Source: an uncultured delta proteobacterium (GTDB taxonomy: Bacteria; Desulfobacterota; Binatia; HRBIN30; BPIQ01). From it: a stretch of DNA of 64,000 nt. The stretch lies in assembly GCA_963761335.1 (NCBI GenBank), contig CAVXGR010000011.1:224001-288000 (forward strand), in the 5' to 3' direction. A model generated the notes under the pieces. The model made no database searches and was not told where the DNA came from. It saw only the letters and a list, made by a program, of their open reading frames with translations. Positions 58,721-64,000 of the stretch are shown one piece after another (within the stretch, counting starts at the first letter, position 1; the number at the start of each line of letters is the position of its first letter). Position numbers and translations under genes: made by a program.

Positions 58721-59941
58721 ATGCCGCTCGCCGCTGGATTTCCCGCGATCGATTTCAGCGATTTTCATCGATTGGAGCTGCCGGCGCTGCTCGCCGCCGG
58801 ACGCGGCGCCATGGCGGCGCCCGCCGCCGTGGGCCTGCGGAGTATCGCCATCCAGCTGCCGGGCGGGGTGGCATTCACCTATCGGCCGCAGGCGCGCAGC
58901 ATCGACATCAGCGCCGGCACCGGTGGCGCCGACACGGTGATCGAGATGGACCTCGACTCCTGGCAGGGGCTGGTCCACGAGCTGGAGGCTCCCGCGGGGC
59001 TGCTCTACGCGCAGCGGGCGCGCTGTGTGCAGGGTAATCCGCTCGACCTGATGTCCTGGGAGTCCGCCCTGCGGGCTCTCTACAACGGCCGCACACCGTA
59101 CGCTCCCCAGAGTCTCCGCGACCGCCGCGGCGGGGCGCTGGATCCCCAGGCGACCTTCACCCTCGCCTCCGACCGCGACGAGATGTCTCACTTTCTGTGC
59201 AGCGCCGGCTATCTCTTCGTCCGCGAGGTGTTCCGCCGCGAAGAGGTGGAGGCGTTCGTCGCCGACGCCCGCGAGCTCCAGCGCGAGGCGCGCCGCGGCG
59301 ACAAGCTTTCCTGGTGGGGGAAGAACGCCGCCGGCGAGGAGGTCCTCTGTCGGGTCACCCGCGGCATCGCCAAGCCCCATCTGGGGACCCTGCCCGCCGA
59401 CCCGCGGCTCCTGCGGCTGAAGGGTCTCGCCGGAGAGACGCTGGTCTACCGCAAGGGCGAGGGCGAAGGCGTGGCGGTGATCTACAAGAATCCCGATCTC
59501 GCCGAGGGCCTCGGCGACCTGCCCTGGCACCGCGACTGCGGCATGGGCGGTCACGCCGTGATGTGCCCGGTCCTCCAGATTTCGGTCTATCTCACCGAGG
59601 CGACGCCGGAGATGGGCGAGCTGCTCATGCTTCCCGGGTCACATCGCGCCTCCTTCAATCCCCATGCTCCCAGCTGTGACCCCGCCCCCCACGCCGCCCA
59701 TTTCCGCGCTGCCGCCGGAGACGTGTCGCTGCACTACGGCGACACGGTGCACGCGGCGCCGCCGCCCACCGCAGGGCGGGCGGATCAGTACCGGATCAGC
59801 GCCGTGCTCTCCTTTGCCAGGCCCGAGGCTCGCCACCACCGCGGCGAAGGAAGCTACAACGACGTCCTCCACCAGCGCGACGACGGGCAGATCGAGCACC
59901 TGGAGACCTACGCCCGGCGGAGATCGCGACCGCCGTCGTGA
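58721..59941 (+). CDS. Phytanoyl-CoA dioxygenase (PhyH) family Fe/2OG enzyme with N-terminal SCP2-like region
   Basis: WHRD (HxD), LLMLPGSH and GDVSLH..DTVHAAP; ~130-aa N-terminal extension. Confidence 0.75.
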   Translation: MPLAAGFPAIDFSDFHRLELPALLAAGRGAMAAPAAVGLRSIAIQLPGGVAFTYRPQARSIDISAGTGGADTVIEMDLDSWQGLVHELEAPAGLLYAQRARCVQGNPLDLMSWESALRALYNGRTPYAPQSLRDRRGGALDPQATFTLASDRDEMSHFLCSAGYLFVREVFRREEVEAFVADARELQREARRGDKLSWWGKNAAGEEVLCRVTRGIAKPHLGTLPADPRLLRLKGLAGETLVYRKGEGEGVAVIYKNPDLAEGLGDLPWHRDCGMGGHAVMCPVLQISVYLTEATPEMGELLMLPGSHRASFNPHAPSCDPAPHAAHFRAAAGDVSLHYGDTVHAAPPPTAGRADQYRISAVLSFARPEARHHRGEGSYNDVLHQRDDGQIEHLETYARRRSRPPS

Positions 59942-60053
59942 ATGCGCCGAAGCTCGTGAATCTTCGGGGCGTTCAACGAGACCCACGCCCGCATACAGTG
60001 CGGGAGTGGGAGCCGATGCCGATGGTTCTCGCGGCGCGGCAAGGTAGGGAGGC

Positions 60054-60431
60054 ATGACGAGTGGAGCAGCAGCACGGCGCGTGATCCGCGACGTCGACCC
60101 CGAGGCGGTACGCGACCTACTGGAGCATCCCCCGCGCGCCACGGTCGCCTATGTCGCGGACGGCACGGTGAGCGTGGCCCCGGCGCGGGCACGCGGCGCC
60201 GGGGGCACGCACCGTTTCGCCGTTGCCGCCGGCGCCGCACCCGACCTCGACGGGCGGGAGGTGGTTCTCGTGGGCGACGATGGGCCCTTCTGGTTTCAGC
60301 TGCGCGGGCTCTCCGTGCGCGGCATCGCGCGAGCGGAAGCCTCGTCGGAACCGAGCCCCGATCTCGTCTGGTACGTGATCGACCCCCGCCGCGTTCTGGC
60401 CTGGGACTACGCGACACTGCGCGAGGAATGA
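60054..60431 (+). CDS. Split-barrel (pyridoxamine 5'-phosphate oxidase-like) protein
   Basis: LRGLSVRG and IDPRRVLAWDY C-terminal pattern. Confidence 0.6.
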   Translation: MTSGAAARRVIRDVDPEAVRDLLEHPPRATVAYVADGTVSVAPARARGAGGTHRFAVAAGAAPDLDGREVVLVGDDGPFWFQLRGLSVRGIARAEASSEPSPDLVWYVIDPRRVLAWDYATLREE

Positions 60432-60435
60432 TCCG

Positions 60436-60894
60436 ATGGCGGAGCCGATCGATGAGGCCACCCGGGATTTTCTGCGGCGATCGATGGTCGTCATGGTCGC
60501 CACCTGCTCGCCGAAGAGCCGGCCCTTCCTGACACCGCTCTGGTTCGTGCTCGACGACGGTGCCCTCTACATCACCACCGGCGCCTCGACCTGGGCGGGC
60601 CGCAACGTCGCCCAGCATCCCGAGGTGGCGTTGCTCTTCGGAGGCGAGGCGACGACACCGGCGGACCGCTTCCTCCGCCTGCGCGGCACGGCCACTTGCC
60701 ATCAGGGATTCCCTCCGCTGCGCGTCCTCCTGCGAATCGCCGCCAAGTACTACCTGTCGCCCGGCGCGCTCGCGGTCGAGCTGCGCAACGCCGCCAAGTG
60801 GGGCGTGCGGATGCGTTACTACGCGGGCGTGAGCGGCGGCCCCGGCTACATCCGCGTCGTCCCCACCGCCGCCGCCTTCCTGTCGCCGCCGTGA
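60436..60894 (+). CDS. Pyridoxamine 5'-phosphate oxidase family protein
   Basis: VAT....P.LTPLWF, RNVAQHPEVAL and LRGTA. Confidence 0.75.
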   Translation: MAEPIDEATRDFLRRSMVVMVATCSPKSRPFLTPLWFVLDDGALYITTGASTWAGRNVAQHPEVALLFGGEATTPADRFLRLRGTATCHQGFPPLRVLLRIAAKYYLSPGALAVELRNAAKWGVRMRYYAGVSGGPGYIRVVPTAAAFLSPP

Positions 60895-60926
60895 GGATGA
60901 CGGCCCCGAGACGGCGCTTCCACTCT

Positions 60927-61394
60927 TCATTCGCGGGCGTGCTCGGCAGCCCGCTTCTTCATCTCCTCGGGTGACAGATCCTCTTTGTGAGTAGCGATGT
61001 ACCAGATGTGCCCGAAGGGGTCCTTCACGCCGCCGGAGCGATCGCCGTACCACTGATCCTGCAGCGGCAGGATTTCCACGGCGCCCCCCTCGATGGCGCG
61101 CTGGAAGGCCGCGTCGGCATCCTCGACGTAGAGGTAGATGTGCACCGTCGTGCCGCCGCGCGCCTCCGGCCCGCGCCACTCCGGGAACTCGGGAAACTCG
61201 TCGGCGATCATGAAGGGCGAATCGCCGATGCGGATCTCGGCGTGTCGCACCTTGCCGCCGGGGTCGGCGTGGCACATGATCACCGTCGCGGCAAACACCT
61301 TCTTGTAGAACTCGATGGCGCGGGCGGCATCCTTGATGATCATGTAGGGCGTCGCCGTGTGAAAGCCTTTGGGTACCGGGTTTACCTTGCTCAT
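60927..61394 (-). CDS. VOC/glyoxalase (PhnB-like) protein
   Basis: AIEFYKKVF, HAEIRIGDS and YGDRSGGVKDPFGHIW. Confidence 0.92.
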   Translation of the reverse strand: MSKVNPVPKGFHTATPYMIIKDAARAIEFYKKVFAATVIMCHADPGGKVRHAEIRIGDSPFMIADEFPEFPEWRGPEARGGTTVHIYLYVEDADAAFQRAIEGGAVEILPLQDQWYGDRSGGVKDPFGHIWYIATHKEDLSPEEMKKRAAEHARE

Positions 61395-61434
61395 CGTCAG
61401 TTCCTCCTTCGCTTCATTCTATGCCGTCGCGCTC

Positions 61435-62511
61435 TCAGGCGGGAGCACGCGGATCCTCGGCCCAGGAGACCTGCGACGGACGCGGTGTGGCGTAGAGCCC
61501 CGTCACCCGCCGGCGCGCCCGCTGCCGGTGCCAGAGGCCCCGCGGACAGACGAACACCGAGCCGGCGGGCACGGTGACGCGCACCGGAGCCTCGGCGGCC
61601 AGCACCGTCACCTCCACCTCCCCCTCGAGGACATGGAGCAGCTCGTCGCCGCGCGGATGCCGTTCCCACGGGGACTCGCCCGAAAAACGGCCGACGGCAA
61701 TCGAGCACTGGTCCAATGCGGCGATCTGGCGAAAGGCGGCGTCGGCCTCCTCGCCCGTCGTCTCGCCGGTGATCGCCAGCTCGGGGACGCGCCGCAGAGC
61801 CGCGCCGAGGTCGATCGCCTCGAGCTGCGGCGGCCGCCGCCCGCGTCTCGGGGGACGGGCTGCCGCCGTATCGCCCTGGCGACGGCGGCGCGGCATCGCG
61901 GCATCTGAGACCTGCGTCCCCCCACCGGGCGTGGCGAAGAGCAGCGACAGGCGCGACAGCGGCTTGATGCGATGCCAGAGTCCGCGCGGGCAGATGAAGA
62001 TGGAGCCGGCGCGCACCCGCGTGTCCTTCGGCCCGTCATCGCTCAGTGTGGTGATCTCCGCTTCCCCCTCGAGAATGTGCAGCAGCTCGTCGCCCGCCGG
62101 GTGACACTCCCAGTACGAGTGCTCGGAAAAGCGAGAGACGCCGACCGTGCAGCCGTTGAGCGAGGCCAGGAAACGCATGCTCAGCTCGGGGAGATCACCA
62201 AGGGCTGCGCCGAGATCGTGCGGCACGAGCCGCGGGCCGGCGGCGAGGTCCTGGAGACGAGCGCGAATTTCCTCCGCCGTCCGCAGGGGCGGTCCGGCGC
62301 TCGCCGCCGCGTTCGCCCGACTCGCCGCGGACAGCAGCTCGGCGCGCAGGCGCGCCCGAAACGCCTCGGTCGGCAGGTTGCGCAGATCGGCGGCAACCCG
62401 CAGCAATGCCGAGAGCTGCGGGCCGAGCCGTCGAGGCATCGTATCGGGGTGCTTCATGAACGATTCCACCGCGGCGTCGAGCTGTTCGGACAGGTTCTCG
62501 CTTCTAGCCAT
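61435..62511 (-). CDS. Tandem-cupin protein with N-terminal helical (anti-sigma-like) segment
   Basis: Two copies of WE.HP.GDELLH.LEGE...AGS.F.CPRGLWHR; overlaps the sigma gene end. Confidence 0.8.
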   Translation of the reverse strand: MARSENLSEQLDAAVESFMKHPDTMPRRLGPQLSALLRVAADLRNLPTEAFRARLRAELLSAASRANAAASAGPPLRTAEEIRARLQDLAAGPRLVPHDLGAALGDLPELSMRFLASLNGCTVGVSRFSEHSYWECHPAGDELLHILEGEAEITTLSDDGPKDTRVRAGSIFICPRGLWHRIKPLSRLSLLFATPGGGTQVSDAAMPRRRRQGDTAAARPPRRGRRPPQLEAIDLGAALRRVPELAITGETTGEEADAAFRQIAALDQCSIAVGRFSGESPWERHPRGDELLHVLEGEVEVTVLAAEAPVRVTVPAGSVFVCPRGLWHRQRARRRVTGLYATPRPSQVSWAEDPRAPA

Positions 62512-63061
62512 TCGCCTCACCGAGTCGCTCCCGCAGGTTCTGCAGACCGCGGAGCTGGAGCTGTTTCACCGCACCCTCGCTGCGCCCGAGAGCGCCAGCG
62601 ATGTCGGCGATGCTGCGATCCTCGCCGAAACGCATGACGATGACCCGGCGCTGGTCGGCCGGAAGCCTGTCGACCAGCCGAAAGAGCCGCACCCGCTGCT
62701 CGACGTCCTCCAGCGTGCTCGGCTCGGGATCGCCGGCGCGCACCATCTGGCGCTCTCGGGCGGCCCGCTGCGAGCGGTTGACGATGGCATTTGCGGCGAT
62801 GCGCAGCAGCCAGGCCGCCAGTGGTACGCCGCGCCACTCAAAGCGCTCGATGCCGGTGAGCGCTCGGTGGAACACCTCCGAGGTCAGATCTTGCGCCTCG
62901 TCGCGGTCGCCGACGCGGCGGACAATGAAGGCGTAGACACGCTCGAAGTTGCTCTCGTAGACTTCGGCGAAGCGGCGGCGGTCCTTCTGTGCCGCCTCGA
63001 TGAGAAGTCGGTCGCCATCGTCGTTGCCGATGTCCCTCAGTGCCGCCCGCCGCGCCGTCAT
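62504..63061 (-). CDS. ECF sigma factor
   Basis: AQDLTSEVFHRAL, AWLLRIAAN and SEGAVKQLQLRGL. Confidence 0.9.
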   Translation of the reverse strand: MTARRAALRDIGNDDGDRLLIEAAQKDRRRFAEVYESNFERVYAFIVRRVGDRDEAQDLTSEVFHRALTGIERFEWRGVPLAAWLLRIAANAIVNRSQRAARERQMVRAGDPEPSTLEDVEQRVRLFRLVDRLPADQRRVIVMRFGEDRSIADIAGALGRSEGAVKQLQLRGLQNLRERLGEANG

Positions 63062-63182
63062 CGCTCAACCTCTATAACCTGCCGGAGGGCAAAAAGGTTA
63101 CGCTGAGTACTGTCCTGAATTCCCCCGACGCCGGACGTTGACGAAGGCGATTGGCTGTCTTCCGGTCGCTGCGGGCGTGGGC

Positions 63183-63318
63183 TCCCTCTCCCGCATTGCC
63201 GGCGGGAGAGGGCCCGGGTGAGGGCGCCGATCTTTGAACGCCGCGAAGATCGACCAGCTTTCAGTGCGAAGGGATCCCTCACCTTGTTCCTCTCCCGCAG
63301 GCAATGCGGGAGAGGAGA
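63183..63318. repeat. Family-C palindromic REP-like doublet
   Basis: Matches 18991-19133 at both arms. Confidence 0.8.
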
Positions 63319-63422
63319 TCCGGTGTGCGGCGCCGGAAACAAGTCGCAGACGTCGAATTGGGACACTACCTTACGCTGGGGGTCCGTAGACGAAGGGGGG
63401 AAATGCGCTTACTCTGCCGCCC

Positions 63423-64000
63423 ATGGGGCTGAGCGGCGACGCGGATATTTGCTACCGAACTCTCACCGACACCGCCGATCTGTTGCGCCGCAAGCAGATC
63501 TCGCCGGTCGAGCTGACGCGGGCGATGCTGGACCGCATCGAGCGTCTGGATCCGCAGCTGCACGCGTACCTCACGGTGCTGCCGGAGCGCGCTCTGCAGC
63601 GCGCCGCCGAGGCCGAGCGAGAGCTCGGAAAAGGCAGGGATCGCGGGCCGCTGCACGGGATTCCGATCGCGGTGAAAGACCTCTTCTTCACCCGCAACAT
63701 TCCCACCACCTGCGCCTCGATTCTGCTCCAGGGTTGGATCCCCGAAGAGGACGCCACCGCGGTATCGCGCCTCGAAGCCGCCGGGGCGGTGCTGCTCGGC
63801 AAGCTCAACATGACCGAGTTCGCCATGCTCGGCTACGCCCGCTCGCTGCCGATCCCCCGCAATCCGTGGGACCTCACCCGCTCGACCGGAGGCTCGTCGA
63901 GCGGCTCCGGAGTCGCCACCGCGGCCGGCCTGTGCTTCGCGTCCCTGGGCACCGACACCGGCGGCTCGATTCGCATTCCCTCGGCGTGGTGCGGCATCGT
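63423..64000 (+). CDS. Amidase signature family protein (GatA-like), truncated by window end; not in ORF track
   Basis: Hand translation: ISPVELT, GPLHGIPIAVKD, GKLNMTEFA, GGSSSGS and GTDTGGSIRIP. Confidence 0.92.
   Translation, partial: MGLSGDADICYRTLTDTADLLRRKQISPVELTRAMLDRIERLDPQLHAYLTVLPERALQRAAEAERELGKGRDRGPLHGIPIAVKDLFFTRNIPTTCASILLQGWIPEEDATAVSRLEAAGAVLLGKLNMTEFAMLGYARSLPIPRNPWDLTRSTGGSSSGSGVATAAGLCFASLGTDTGGSIRIPSAWCGI

Noticed and set aside
63423..64000. gatA assignment
   Set aside because: No gatC upstream and the gene is truncated; only the amidase family can be supported.

Overview
A 64 kb, high-GC bacterial chromosomal segment. The gene content (dockerin/myxobacterial-repeat protein, DUF1566 protein, Gld-like ABC operon) suggests a Deltaproteobacteria-like lineage such as Ca. 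Binatia; this taxonomy is inference only. Most genes are housekeeping: dapL, folK, hisC/G/I, polA, bamD, lpxD, rpmF-fabD-fabG-acpP-nrdR-ribD-ribBA-ribH-nusB-leuS-lptE, rpsT, murJ, mazG and recQ. There are also three ECF sigma loci, a small ArsR-Acr3-cytochrome c' unit and an ECF transporter. The best candidate for an undescribed system is a minus-strand, SAM-I riboswitch-controlled sulfur-relay operon (about 27610 to 19736, followed by sat). Its order is E1/MoeB-like A, ThrC-like PLP enzyme, ubiquitin-like MoaD/CysO carrier ending in GG, CysM-like enzyme, stand-alone NIL domain, E1/MoeB-like B, CX8CX2C radical SAM enzyme, DASS transporter and USP. The two E1-like proteins are reciprocally degenerate: A has the adenylation motifs and catalytic Cys but no RYSRQ arginine finger, while B has the finger but not the active-site motifs. 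This mirrors eukaryotic heterodimeric E1s (NAE1-UBA3, SAE1-SAE2). Intergenic DNA holds about eight families of REP/REPIN-like and short tandem inverted repeats, some nested, and one inverted pair brackets sat. No tRNA, rRNA, CRISPR array or transposase gene was recognised. Single-base frameshifts in dapL and hisC are probably sequencing errors. All calls come from reading motifs by eye; no searches were run.
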